NCBI GenBank assembly: GCA_965285935.1
Contig: OZ260667.1
Span: 62,062,001 to 62,126,000 of the forward strand
Direction of reading: 5' to 3'
DNA: 64,000 bases
DNA from: Ophelia neglecta
Lineage: Eukaryota
Below the pieces are notes generated by a model that was not told the origin of the DNA, searched no databases, and was given only the letters and a program-made list of their open reading frames with translations. The position numbers were made by a program, and so were the translations under genes. Each line of letters starts with the position of its first letter. Position 1 is the stretch's first letter. This document shows positions 40,001-53,186 of this stretch, one piece after another.

Positions 40001-41121
40001 AATTATAAGAATATCTGAAACTGGGCTTATATTGGGCGACATGATAAATTTTTATATCATAATAAGATTGATTAACATGATGTGTCGAACACGATCAAAA
40101 TTCCCGACTATTAAAGGAATATTGATTGTGGTAGTTTGGCGGCAAGTTACATTTTCGTCTGATACGTGACTGCTCATCAAATTAGTTTTTAATTGATTAA
40201 TATTTGGTTATGATTGTAGGCGGACCTTGGTATACCTTACGTAATAGTCGCAATTGCCACAAAAGGACGAAAATCTGGCCCCTCACAGTGGGTAACTTCA
40301 TACAAGCTAGCCACCTATGATGGAAGTAAGGTCATATTTTACCCCAATGGGGTAGAAGAAACAGCCAAGGTGAGGCGCCAGAAGTATATCTAGAAAATCT
40401 TTATTGTGATCACTAAATGACTTATATAATCGTGGGGCCAAATGAGCCACGGTTTCTCTATTATTGTCGACAGATAACTGCGGAAAGCAAGACTAAATAA
40501 AGTATCCAGTTTATAAATATATACAATGCAATTTTCTGACAATGAATATTTTAGAATACTTTTAAATTTGTATTATATCGGTGCAAGTATTATACCTAGA
40601 TACTATTTTTATGGTGGGCTAAAAGCAAATGTCTCTTTACCAACTATTTAACGAGTACCTAAGCCCTTTCAACCTGTTGTGCTGGTACATTATGCTGTGA
40701 TAGTATTTTTATCTTCAGAACAGGTCCCCGATATAAGGTTATATTACATGTCAAAAAGATTTCTTCGCCGTGTTACTATACAACATATTATATAGGTTTT
40801 ACATTGTAAGGTTGTTCAAATATGTAAAATTCTCCGGTATCAGGTTATGTACAGTAATGGTTGTATGATATGAGTTGATATGACGTTTATTTAAGTGACC
40901 CTGACAGTGTCGGATAACATTTGTTAACACCCATTTGTTCTCATTTTCACATACTTCTTTTATTCTGTCTTCAGCTTTTCATTGGTAATTCTGACAAGGA
41001 TACAGAAGTGAAACACACCCTGTGTCCCCCTCTAGTGGCCAGAAGAGTAAGACTGTATCCCCTTACTTTCAGCGGTTACTGTAGTCTCAGGTGGGAGCTG
41101 TACAGCTTCGCAGCTGCATAA
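37069..41121 (+). CDS. G6: secreted PAN/Apple + F5/8 type C protein, subfamily A (267 aa)
   Basis: Exons 37069-37378, 38920-38955, 39506-39666, 40220-40369 and 40975-41121 (804 nt, open frame, GT-AG). Confidence 0.88.
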
Positions 41122-41904
41122 ATCAAAACGGAAACGAACATCAACTGACCGAAATATTAACAAACCGATAATATATAACAAACTATTATGATAACTGAAA
41201 GTGATGAGCGATGTCAGAGAATCAAATTCATGTTAACGACCTCCGAACGACCTTGGACATTGATCCTGACGCTATGCTTATATACCAATTAATCTTTACC
41301 TTGTTAACTATGGGGTGGCATAAATATAGGAAAAGATCGTGTACATCAATCGTGTCTGAAACGCATCGGAACCAAATATTTTATTTCCTCAAAATAAACC
41401 ACATCAAAATTACTATTTGTTAGAAATTTGCTGGCTCATTTGTCTTCTCCATATTCTGTTCCACAGTTATTTCATTAAAAGAATACCTTGCGAGCCTCCA
41501 TAACATTAACTCTGTATGTGATAAGAATGCTTTGATTTTATTTTACTTCACGTAGTATATCAAGAGTTATGTTCCTTTGGGCGAGATGCGGTAAGCGATA
41601 TAAATACATTCTTGTTTATCAGGTCTGTGGTATTTTCAGAAACATGAAAACGAAATCTTACAAGGGTGTATGTTCTCTCGAGCTTGTGTAATTGTCTTAA
41701 GTGTAAGCGTAGGCCGTCTTTAAAACCCAGAGTTTTTATTCCGAGGAAAGGCAAACATGACCCAAATCTGTGGAGAACAGTTATTGTAATTTGAGACCTG
41801 TTGGGTACTACTAAGTCAGCTGTAAAATAATTGGGTTTTGTCGTTTTTATTTCGGGAGTTAACATGTTTATCTTATATTCTGTTATTTTTCAACAGAAGA
41901 GCAA

Positions 41905-42000
41905 TCAGGCATTGATGTTAATAAGGTTTTAACGCGGTCTGAGCAGTCTGAGCAGTCAGGCATTGATGTTAATAAGGTTTTAACGCGGTCTGAGCAGTCT
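41905..42000. repeat. 51-bp-period tandem duplication
   Basis: tcaggcattgatgttaataaggttttaacgcggtctgagcagtct occurs twice. Paralogous regions have a single copy. Confidence 0.75.
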
Positions 42001-42259
42001 AGGTTTTCACATAGAGACTTCAATGGCGACAAAGTTAAAGCAACATCCCTACCTCTGCTTGAATAAAACACAAAAGATCTGGGACTTTTCTGCCTTTAAG
42101 TAGTGCACACAAGTAGCCGTCGGCAGTGTAGAACTGTAATCTGGCCCACCTCCGAAAAGAATAACACGTAGTTATCAAGTACAAACTGTTTTGATTTTGT
42201 CCTGTATTTTTTTTAAAGGGTCAGTACACAATTGACAAACGTCTAGCCTTGTTATAAAC

Positions 42260-42571
42260 ATAGAGGGAAAAGACATGTTCCGGGTTCTCCTGTCCATAAC
42301 TATGGATGGTCTCTGGAGTTTCGCATCAACAGTGAATTTGTTTCCATGTCCTTTAGCAAACAGAACATATGCGTAACAAATACCGAAAAGGGTTTAGTTA
42401 AAAGCGTGGTTGAATTCGCCATGAAGCGTCTCAGCAGGGCAGGGTTGTGTAGAGCGCATACGGTAAAATAACATCAGTGCAGAGACGGCGTTCTTGGTGA
42501 TCTAAACCCAGGCATCACAAGTAAGGCTGTATTGTACAGCAAATGTCATCGACGAGGCGCCTACAATCAAA
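42260..42571 (+). pseudogene. Full-length decayed exon 1 (start codon ATG>ATA)
   Basis: atagagggaaaagacatgttccgggttctcctg...gaatttgtttccatgtcctttagcaaacagaacatatgcg...gacggcgttcttggtgatcta...caa a|gtaacc. Contains indels and a stop. Confidence 0.7.
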
Positions 42572-43294
42572 GTAACCATCCTTTTCAGTCTTCAAACTGT
42601 AACAATTTCCCCTCTTCTCGAAGCATTATATTGAATTACGCTACTGCTTATATCTGTTTGTGGAAAACAAACGCAGCAGGTATCGCATGAAAACGAAGAG
42701 TCGTGGTATACTACTCATAAAGATCTTGTCTTAATTGATCAGCGGCCCGGAAGTGAGAAGTCATTTGATCTTAATTACCAATGCACGTTGAAGGTATAGA
42801 TTACATTCATATAATGTAGGTCAGTTAGCAACAATATTTCAATATTAAATGATGGCAGAATATAACACGTTTTAGAAAATCCACATACACTGTTGAAAGT
42901 AACACTAGCAACATGTTGCTGACCATTTTTTCTTTATTTTTTATCAGACTTCAAAGTGAGAAATGTGCAGCTTGGTATGTGTAAGTTATAAACACTCTAA
43001 ATGATAAATTCTGAATTGATCCTGAATACCAAGTGAAATATTTATATCAGACACCCATTTATACTCCTAGATCATATATATCATTATTACAACCGTAGCC
43101 GGTTAGATAAACGTTCTGTTCCTAGTGCGGATATCGGGCACCTATTTTATAGGTGCTATAACCATGGGTTGCAGAAGCAACTTCCCTTTAAACTACCTGA
43201 TTATGTTTGGAATTGATCGAAACACCATGATTATATAATTCTAACTGTATCTTCTGTATGAATATCTAATACAAGGTGCAAAGACTTGCATATC

Positions 43295-43725
43295 TGAGGC
43301 TCCGGCTTGCCCTGTATCCCAGTATGCCCTGGCATGACCTGACAGTCACTGGCATACCCCTGTATGCCCTGGCAGGCCCCGGCTCGTCCTGACATGGCAT
43401 GGCCCTGGAATGAACCGGAGTGCTACAGCTCCGGCCCGGGGCCTTTGAATGCCCCGTTAGGGGCTGGCAGGCCTTGCCAGTGTCTGGCAGTCTATGGAAT
43501 GCCTCCTAATACAGCCCTGGCTAGTAGTATAATATCATCCCCTCCCCTGGTTGTACCTGACGTGCTCTGGGGGGCTTTTGAATGCCCTGGAAGGCCCTGG
43601 AAGGAGCTGGCAGGCCCTACCAGGTACTGGCAGCCTATGGAATGCCTCCTTAAGCTGCCCTGGCTAGTATTTGCATATCATCTCCTCCCCTGGTTGTACC
43701 TGACGTGCTCTAGGGAACCTGGCCT
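43295..43725. repeat. GC-rich degenerate tandem repeat (gccctggc motifs; ~143-bp higher-order duplication)
   Basis: ctggcaggcc...atggaatgcctcctaa...cccctggttgtacctgacgtgctct occurs at ~43464 and ~43608. A single copy lies at ~16850-16960. Confidence 0.6.
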
Positions 43726-45066
43726 AAAACAAACTACGCCATATTTTCATTGTTGTTAACATTCATGATAAACAAATAATAAATTATGAACAGAATATCG
43801 ACTCAAACTCTTGGCTGGCCTAATATTGGGAGACATGATATTTTCTTACATCAAAATAAGGCTGTTTAAACTTCTGATGTGTCGGATACCGTCTATATTT
43901 CTTTTTATAGCAGGGAATATTGATTTTTTCTAGTTGGCCGTTAAAAGGTGTCCCTGACTAAATAACAACCTCGACAGGTAAACTTCAAATTATGGATATT
44001 ACAAGAATGTGTTTTGACCGGATAATCATAAATACTATATTAGGCGCTGATAAAATATTTATTAGATTAAATTGTCAAAAGCTGTCTGAAAGAATCAGAT
44101 AATGTGCTACAAGAATCAAAAGGTCTTGCAGACTGCAAACCCCCTTCCTCTCAAATAAAACCACCCGCAGCCCGCAAAACGCCCCCCTGAGCCCTCTCCC
44201 CCCTACCTATCTCTTCTCCGAAGTACATGTCCTCCCCAGGTATACATTAAATGAGGGCAGGTCCGTATTGTGGACAAAATAAAGCAATGAAGATTGATAT
44301 GCTTGCAGTATCTCGTTAGATTATATCAATAATTATTGACTTTCACTGTCGATATCTACGAACAGAAGTAAACCATAGACCTTTAACACATTGATCAAAG
44401 CCGTTCTGAGTCTAAGAAACCAAACAAGAAGGGTCCTGGAGTAGGGAAGTTTCTATCATAATAGGAAGCAAACATAACAAAGGATTGCCATTCACCTAGG
44501 TATTCAGTCTAGTAGCGGTAACAACATGGAGAGGAGAGACAGGTTCCGCATGTTCCTCTTCAGTATAATGCTGGTCTGTTTGGCGTCCAAAACGATCTTT
44601 CTATGATATTTTATAAGCAAAATATATGCGCCACCAATCTCATTGAGATATTCGCTGCGGGTCGTTTTGAGTGTTCCATTGTATGTTTGACCAGAAGAAC
44701 CAAGTGTAGAGGGTTTGTTGTGAGACCAAAGCAGGAAGGAGACGGTATTCTCTGTTATCTGGACTCCGCTAACACTAGCACTCTACTGAACATTACGGGG
44801 ACAGTCACACAGGAGACTTACTTCCCAGGTAACGTAAAAATATATAGTTCAAGTGTTATTTTTTACAGGAGACGGCCTTCGGTTGTTCCTGTTTTTAGGA
44901 GAATTAAATTTCAGATGTTCCTATTGGTAAGACAGCAGGTTAAGGGTGTTCGTGTTAATCTAACTGACAAGGTTAGAGAAAGGTTTCGGGCGTTCCTGGT
45001 GGTAGGACAGTTATGTTATCGTTGTTTCTGTTGGTCAGGGATGGGGGTTACTACTTATACCGGCTT

Positions 45067-46215
45067 TGTAATTGACCACCTTTCAGTTATAGGTGTTACC
45101 ATGTGTGTGTGTTGAACACTACTATTTATGTCATTTGACGTGGTCTAATTGTAGAGTAGTGCAAATTGTATGTTTTGCTTTATCATGAAACTGAATTATT
45201 GGATGCTCCTTTCACTGTTTGATTGATGCTGGAGGCTCCCTGGGCTTGACACCAATATGGCTACATGTCAACACAAACCAGCTAGGGTATAGCCACAGAA
45301 ATCCTAAAATATCTCAACGTTTTGGACCCATCCAGCCAGTGAGGTTAGTCAATCAAACAGATGAAATGTCCCAGAACACATACGTGTCATTATTATTATT
45401 ATAATTTGTATTGTATTTGATTTACGGTGAAATTCCTAGTCACTATCTAGGTAAATGTAAAATTCCATGTGGTTTGCATATCTAATACATGGGCAGTGCA
45501 TACACTTCAAGCTTGAGTCAGTACAGACTCAAGTTTGTCTATAATTTATTGCTTTGACTTATCTTCCAATAATTACTATTGATTATTTGGCACACATAGC
45601 TGTTGCCTTCCATATTTGATTTAGTTTTGGAAAATGTGTGGAATCTAAATACTTACGTTAATGCCACTGCTTGGTTGATAACAGGCGACAGGGATGTGTA
45701 TGAACTATTTAAATCTCGGTAAATGATTGTGTGCTATTAAGAAATTAAACCTTGGATCCCTTGGGTACTATTGTGGTACATTTAAAGTGATTAAACATTA
45801 TTTATACCTATGACTGTTTCTAAAACCATAACTTACCTCGTTGGTCTAGTAAGTGATTTGGCATAGTAAATAATGCCTCCACATACATTTCTTATTGCTC
45901 GCCTTGGTCGCTCGCACAGTTGTATTTATATCGAAGTCTATGTAACTTCCCCAATTTGTACAACCTACGGTATTACTCCTACGTGTATTATTTTCTCCAT
46001 TACTTACCTTTAATACAGGTTGGTCTCATAAATGCTTGCATGTTAGTTCATGTTGCTAGAATGTGTCCTTTTGTTAATTTCAGTTTAAACCGTGTTCAAG
46101 TGTCTGTGAGGTAACACATATATGAACTATGGAATAAACTACAGTCATTAAGCCACACGCGTCTTGACTCATTGGAATTTTGACTATTATCATAATGTAG
46201 ATTTGGTCCACTACA
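45067..46215 (+). repeat. 5' LTR (1149 bp)
   Basis: TGTAATTG...CACTACA. Repeated at a constant offset of 6971. AATAAA at 46133-46138. Confidence 0.95.
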
Positions 46216-46263
46216 TTACAGTTTAAACTCATTTGCCATAAAGACTATCCCAGTTACGACAAC

Positions 46264-49200
46264 ATGGAGAACCTTGATGAACTTAAGAAGTCAAGGGGAA
46301 CGGCAAAAGGCAATGCTACCAGACTGATGAACCAAATAGTGACACTTATGGGAGATTCTACAAACTTGGCTGTCGTGCAGGAGAAGTTAAGCACATACAA
46401 AGAAGCTGTCACAAGATTTCAAGAATCTCATCAATTATACCATGCTAACCTTACAACGGAGGAGAACATCACGGAGTCTGAGTTGTACTGGGCTCAAGAA
46501 TTCCAAGTTTTGGAAGAGTTTATAACAAGTGTTGATGCCTGGATACAACAGAGGACAACAACTCCCCAAGTAACAGTACGAGAGGATGAGACAACTCCAG
46601 ATGAGGAAAATTCTGATGACGACAATGACATTGAAAAACAACTCCAAAAGGAAAATGAAAAAATGGAGGCCTTGGAGCAAAGAAACGAGCTGAATTGGAG
46701 TTTGCTCGAATACATCTTGAACGCGAGGCTCTAGAATATGAGGCAGATCTTGCCTTAAAGGTAAACGCAGAAAAGGAGAGCTTACGAAATCTACGTCAGC
46801 GGATGGAATCTTCCACACCAGAAGCTTATGCTGGACCCTCAAGAACCAACACTAGGCTCCGAGAATCTTGGGAACCATCAGGAGTAAACCCGGACCAGTC
46901 GGTCGTTAACCAGAGTATTCTTGAACTTACTCAATCTCTATGTTTAGCCGTCAATGAAAATCAGTCACAAACCAGGTCTCTTGTACAATCAATACAGACA
47001 CCAAATGTGGAGCTAGATAACTTTGATGGCAGTCCGCTGCAATATTGCAGGTTCATGAACTCCTTCGATTTAATGATCGCTGATGAGATAGCAGACAGCA
47101 GAAAATTGAGGCTTCTCCTGCAGTATTGTAAGGGTGAAGCACGTACCGCACTTGAGGGATGCGAAGTTATATGTGATGCAGGGGCTGCATACAAGGAAGC
47201 CAGGAAAATATTACAGAGTCGTTTCGGTGACAAGTATACAATAGCACAAGCCTTTATCGACAAAACACAGAACCACCCTAACGTCACAGAGGAAACTCTT
47301 CGTAGGTACGCAGACACTTTGGCCAGTGCAATGAGGACTCTGGAACAGCTGGGATACCTTCATGAACTGGAAACACAGCGAAATCTCTGTGCAATGATAG
47401 AGAAGCTTCCTGAACGGTTTATAAACCGATGGTTGAGTAAGAATCGAGAAATCAAAGCTAAGGGAGGACATCCAAAGATGCATGACGTGGTGGACTACGT
47501 GCAGAGTCTTGCTGAGGGGGTAACTGACTCTGTATACGGACAGCTTGCCATGAGAAGTAAGAACCGCAAATCACCTCAAACATCAGGGCGACCAGACCGC
47601 AACAGTCGGAAAACAGGATCATATGCCGTGCATACCGGAAATGAGTCGCACCACTTTATAAAAGGGTCTGGTCCCACAAAGAGTCCTAGCACCACTGCTC
47701 CGCGGGTAAGAACATGTATTATTTGCGGTCAGGACCACGCCATCATCAACTGCAGCCAGTTTAGAGGCATGAGCATCAAGGAACGCTCGCAATGTATCAT
47801 AAGAAAGGGTCTGTGTATTAATTGTTTCACTCCTGGTCATATAGGTTCCGACTGCCCCAAACCATATCGCTGTACTGTTGATCAATGTGGCAAGAAACAC
47901 AGCAAATTTCTGCACTTCAAACGGACCCCACAGAGCTCTGATGTTTCTTCTCCAGATGCTTCAACAGAATCATGTGTATCACCCACGCCTGGCATTGCCA
48001 GTGCGCAGAGCAGTGCTGAAACTTCACCAAAAGTCAATTGCAACTTCGTTGGCAGTACAACCGGGAAGGTGGTTCTTCCTATTGTTCCCTTACGAATACG
48101 TGGAAAAGGCTTTCACGAATATGTTGACACCTACGCTCTTTTAGACACTGGTACAAGTCAAACCTTCTGTTCTGAAACACTTGTAAACCGGTTGGGGTTA
48201 CCGAAAGAATGGGTCACATACACCCTTACAACTCTGGAATCAGAGAATACCATGGCTGAAGGCTATGTTGTCAGCCTACAAGTCTCCGACTTGCAGGAAA
48301 CTAATCTGCACGTGCTAGATAACGTACTTACCAGACCGACGATCAATGTGGGTCTCTCAAGTCTGATTAAGAGGACTGATCTACAAAAATGGCCTCATTT
48401 GAAGGATCTACTTGTACCTGAGGTCGATTGCACGGAGGTCCATCTGGTGATCGGCGGAGATGCACCAGATCTTCTGCATCCTCTGGAGGTGCGATCCGGA
48501 AAGGCAGGCGAGCCATATGCTGTACGCACCATATTGGGTTGGAATTTCAATGGACCTGTCAGTAGATATCTACCAAACAAGTTAACATCCTGCTTCACGC
48601 AGGCTAATGTAAACCTACAGCAACAAGTTGAAAAATTCTTCCAGCTGGAGGATTTGGGAGGAGAAAAACACTCAGAGTCTTTTTCCTTGAATGACCGCCG
48701 AGTCCTGTCCATATGGGGAGAAGATACCCAATTGATTAATGGCCATTACTCTACAACAATACCATTTCGCAACCGGCCACCAAACCTGCCTGATAACCGA
48801 GTCATGGCTGAACACCGTTTGCGGCTATTGGGTAAGCGCCTCATGAAAGACGAGGCTCTGAGGAACATGTACAATAAGGGTATGTTTGACCTTCTCTCCA
48901 AAGGCTACGCAGAAACTGTCCCCAGCGAATGCCTGAGTAGAAATGATGGCTATGTGTGGTACCTACCACATCAACCCGTGGTACATCCTAGGAAACCGGG
49001 AAAGGTACGCATCGTGTTCGATTGTGCTGCTAAGTTCAAAGGCATCTGTCTGAACGACGCCGTGCTTCAAGGACCGGACCTGACTAACAAGCTGGTCGGC
49101 GTATTGCTTAGGTTCCGTCAGGAACATATCGCCCTAATAGCAGACATCGAAGGGATGTATCATCAAGTACGAGTGGCGACCTTGGATAGAGACTCCCTCC

Positions 49201-51927
49201 GCTTCCTGTGGTGGAAAAATGATGATCCCACGAACGAACCTATAATCTGTCGGATGACAGCTCACCTTTTCGGTGGCGTTTGGTCACCAAGCTGCGCCAA
49301 CTTTGCTCTGCGAAGGTGTGCTGATGAACAGCAAGATTTCTATGACACAGAAACCGTGGACATAATAAGGAACAATTTTTATGTTGATGACTGTCTGAGA
49401 TCAATCCCCTGTGATGAAGCTGCAGTCCGTCTGGTGGATCAGCTAAAGGAACTTCTCAGTCAAGGAGGATTTCGCCTCACAAAGTTTATCAGTAATTCCA
49501 GAGCAGTCATCAAGCATATTCCAGAGGAGGATCTTGCAAAGGGCATATCATCCATCGACCTGGAAAAAAAGCTCTCTACCAGCAGAACGAGCACTCGGTG
49601 TTCTCTGGCAGGTTGAAACGGATACCTTCAGTTTTGACGTTGTACCAAGTCAAAAACCATATACCAAACGAGGACTACTCAGTCTCATGAGTTCCGTCTT
49701 CGACCCACTAGGCTTTGTAAGCCCATTTATCCTGAAAGCAAAACTACTTTTTCAGGCCATGTGCAGGAAGGGTTGCAAGTGGGATGAAATCATGAATGAT
49801 GACATCCATAAGCAGTGGAAAAATTGGCTTCAAGACCTTCCCAAGATAATAGACCTCACTATCCCTCGCTGCATCAAACCGCAAGGCTTCCAAATGGCGG
49901 AAGCACAATTACACCATTTCGCGGACGCATCTGAGTCCGCCTATGGCTCTATATCATACCTGCGTCTCAAAGGTGCAAATGGCGAAATTCACGTTACGCT
50001 CCTTGCGTCCAAGGCTAGGCTAGCCCCCATCAAACCAATGACCATTCCTAGGCTTGAATTAGCAGCGGCGGTAGAATCAGTAAAGATGGACAGGATGCTT
50101 AGACATGAGCTTCAACTGACCCTGAAAAAGTCTGTGCTGTGGTCAGATTCCATGATTGTACTCTGGTACCTAAATACCAACGACAAGAGATACCAAACCT
50201 ATGTAGGGAATCGCGTGGCCTTTATACGAGAGCATACGGAGCCGCAGCAGTGGAGACACGTCCCTACCAAAGAAAATCCAGCGGATGATGTGTCTAGAGG
50301 ACTCACAGCCACAGAGCTCGTAGCTTCAACACATTGGGTCACTGGACCAAGTTTTCTCGCCGAGACAGAAGAAAACTGGCGAGCTCTACCGGAATTATAT
50401 GGCTCTGAAATAGAGAACATCGCTGAGGTTAAGCGTGAGCCTCAAGTCTACTTCACTGAGAAGAGTGTACCTTGCGCATTGGAAACTTTACTAACATACT
50501 ACTCTTCATGGCAACGCCTACGCAAAGCAATTGCCTGGATTTTGCGTACTAGGCATTCGCTTCACATGAAAGAGAGGTTGTCACTTGATCCACTTAGTAT
50601 ACGAGAGCTGAAGGCAGCAGAAACGGAGATATTTCTTCAGGTTCAGCAGGCCTTGGACCTCTCCAGTAAAGGACAACAGCGGCGGCTTACTCCTACCAGA
50701 TACAAGGACGGGCTGTACCGCGTTAAAGGGCGACTTAGCCTTTCTAACATTGCTACCTCGGCCAGACATCCTGTTATACTGCCTGCCGACCACCACGTGA
50801 CAAAGTTACTGATCCATTCATATCATCTCTGCACCGGCCACTCCGGAGCAGAACGTGTCCTCGCCGAAATACGCCAACGCTTCTGGATCATTAAAGGACG
50901 AAGGACGGTGCGAGCAGTTCTATCAAAATGTATACCTTGCAAGAAACAACGTGGAAGGGTCGAGAGCCAGTTTATGGCCGATTTACCTTTTGATCGAGTA
51001 AAATCGGGTGATCCACCATTCACCTTTGTTGGAGTGGATTATTTCGGACCATTCTATACCAAACGAGCTCGAGCCGAGCAAAAAAGATACGGGTGTCTCT
51101 TTACTTGCCTGACCACCCGTGCCATACACCTGGAGGTCAGTAACAGTCTGGAGACCGACTCCTTCTTGAACTGTCTGAACCGGTTCATTGCTCGTCGAGG
51201 TGAACCAACGGAAATTCGTTCAGATAACGGCACAAACCTTGTCGGTGGGAAAACTGAGCTACGAAAGGCAATCCGCGAGTGGAACCATACTCACATCGCT
51301 AACGCACTTCAACAGAAGGACGTCCAATGGATCCTAAACCCACCCGGTGCCTCCCATATGGGAGGTGCTTGGGAAAGAATGATACGCACGGTCCGAGCAG
51401 TCCTGAACGGCCTACTCAGGGAACAAAGGCTAGATGACGATGGCCTACACACATTGTTTTGCACTGTGGAAAGCATAGTCAACGGTCGAACCATCACTAA
51501 GCTCTCGGACGACCCCACAGATGCCACACCCCTAACTCCCAATCACCTCCTCTTGCTCAGAGCTGGTCCCTCTTTGCCACCAGGGAACTTCGTTAAGCAG
51601 GACCTTTATAGGAGACGTTGGCGACAGGTCCAGTACCTGGCTGATGTATTCTGGTCACGATGGGTGAAGGAATATCTCCCGTTGCTGCAAGAGAGACATC
51701 GGTGGACGAAGCCTGAACGCAACTTTACTGTTGGGGATATAGTACTAGTAAAGAACGAGGCTACTCCTAGGAACCGTTGGCCCCTTGGATTGGTAACTGC
51801 GGTGTATCCTGGCGTCGACGAACTTGTGCGTTCCGTGCAGCTGAGATTCAACAATGGTGTATTCGACCGACCTATAAGCAATCTCTGTTTGCTGGAAGCA
51901 GTTGATAGCCCAGCCAAAGTAGGATGA
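46264..51927 (+). CDS. Bel/Pao gag-pol polyprotein (two 1-nt frameshifts at ~46680 and 49564-49570)
   Basis: Gag core FDGSPLQY; three Cys/His knuckles (CIICGQDHAIINC, CINCFTPGHIGSDC, CTVDQCGKKHSKFLH); protease LLDTG; RT YLPHQPV, RIVFD, YVDD; RNase H FADASESAYG, IPRLEL, NPADDVSRG; integrase HHCC, GVDYFGP, SDNGTN, GGAWERMI. Confidence 0.95.
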
Positions 51928-52037
51928 GCTTTACAAATTAATCTCTTTGTCAATATTTGCGCCTTGTTGTTAAATTTGTGCTCAATTACTTGTGTTCGGT
52001 AAATGCAATGTAGCCCCATTCGCATTGTGGGGCGGGA

Positions 52038-53186
52038 TGTAATTGACCACCTTTCAGTTATAGGTGTTACCATGTGTGTGTGTTGAACACTACTATTTAT
52101 GTCATTTGACGTGGTCTAATTGTAGAGTAGTGCAAATTGTATGTTTTGCTTTATCATGAAACTGAATTATTGGATGCTCCTTTCACTGTTTGATTGATGC
52201 TGGAGGCTCCCTGGGCTTGACACCAATATGGCTACATGTCAACACAAACCAGCTAGGGTATAGCCACAGAAATCCTAAAATATCTCAACGTTTTGGACCC
52301 ATCCAGCCAGTGAGGTTAGTCAATCAAACAGATGAAATGTCCCAGAACACATACGTGTCATTATTATTATTATAATTTGTATTGTATTTGATTTACGGTG
52401 AAATTCCTAGTCACTATCTAGGTAAATGTAAAATTCCATGTGGTTTGCATATCTAATACATGGGCAGTGCATACACTTCAAGCTTGAGTCAGTACAGACT
52501 CAAGTTTGTCTATAATTTATTGCTTTGACTTATCTTCCAATAATTACTATTGATTATTTGGCACACATAGCTGTTGCCTTCCATATTTGATTTAGTTTTG
52601 GAAAATGTGTGGAATCTAAATACTTACGTTAATGCCACTGCTTGGTTGATAACAGGCGACAGGGATGTGTATGAACTATTTAAATCTCGGTAAATGATTG
52701 TGTGCTATTAAGAAATTAAACCTTGGATCCCTTGGGTACTATTGTGGTACATTTAAAGTGATTAAACATTATTTATACCTATGACTGTTTCTAAAACCAT
52801 AACTTACCTCGTTGGTCTAGTAAGTGATTTGGCATAGTAAATAATGCCTCCACATACATTTCTTATTGCTCGCCTTGGTCGCTCGCACAGTTGTATTTAT
52901 ATCGAAGTCTATGTAACTTCCCCAATTTGTACAACCTACGGTATTACTCCTACGTGTATTATTTTCTCCATTACTTACCTTTAATACAGGTTGGTCTCAT
53001 AAATGCTTGCATGTTAGTTCATGTTGCTAGAATGTGTCCTTTTGTTAATTTCAGTTTAAACCGTGTTCAAGTGTCTGTGAGGTAACACATATATGAACTA
53101 TGGAATAAACTACAGTCATTAAGCCACACGCGTCTTGACTCATTGGAATTTTGACTATTATCATAATGTAGATTTGGTCCACTACA
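52038..53186 (+). repeat. 3' LTR (1149 bp)
   Basis: Direct repeat of 45067-46215. The ORF track gives identical peptides in both LTRs. Confidence 0.95.

Larger units (their letters stand above)
45067..53186 (+). mobile_element. Full-length Bel/Pao LTR retrotransposon
   Basis: TG...CA LTRs; 5-bp TSD GGCTT (45062-45066, 53187-53191); empty site in G1 (~811-820); purine tract GGGGCGGGA just before the 3' LTR; gag-PR-RT-RH-IN domain order. Confidence 0.97.

Noticed and set aside
43364-43759. 131-aa Pro/Trp-rich ORF
   Set aside because: It is a translation of a GC-rich tandem repeat and is not preserved in the paralogous region at ~16850.
45219-46114. Small ORFs duplicated at 45219/52190 and 45920/52891 as genes or an env-like gene
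   Set aside because: They lie within the LTRs, start at non-ATG codons and lack motifs. The duplication just reflects LTR identity.
46670-46735. Programmed ribosomal frameshift in the Bel/Pao element
   Set aside because: The break is inside the gag N-terminus rather than at the gag/pol boundary, there is no X XXY YYZ heptamer, and Bel/Pao elements usually have one ORF. A 1-nt indel is simpler.
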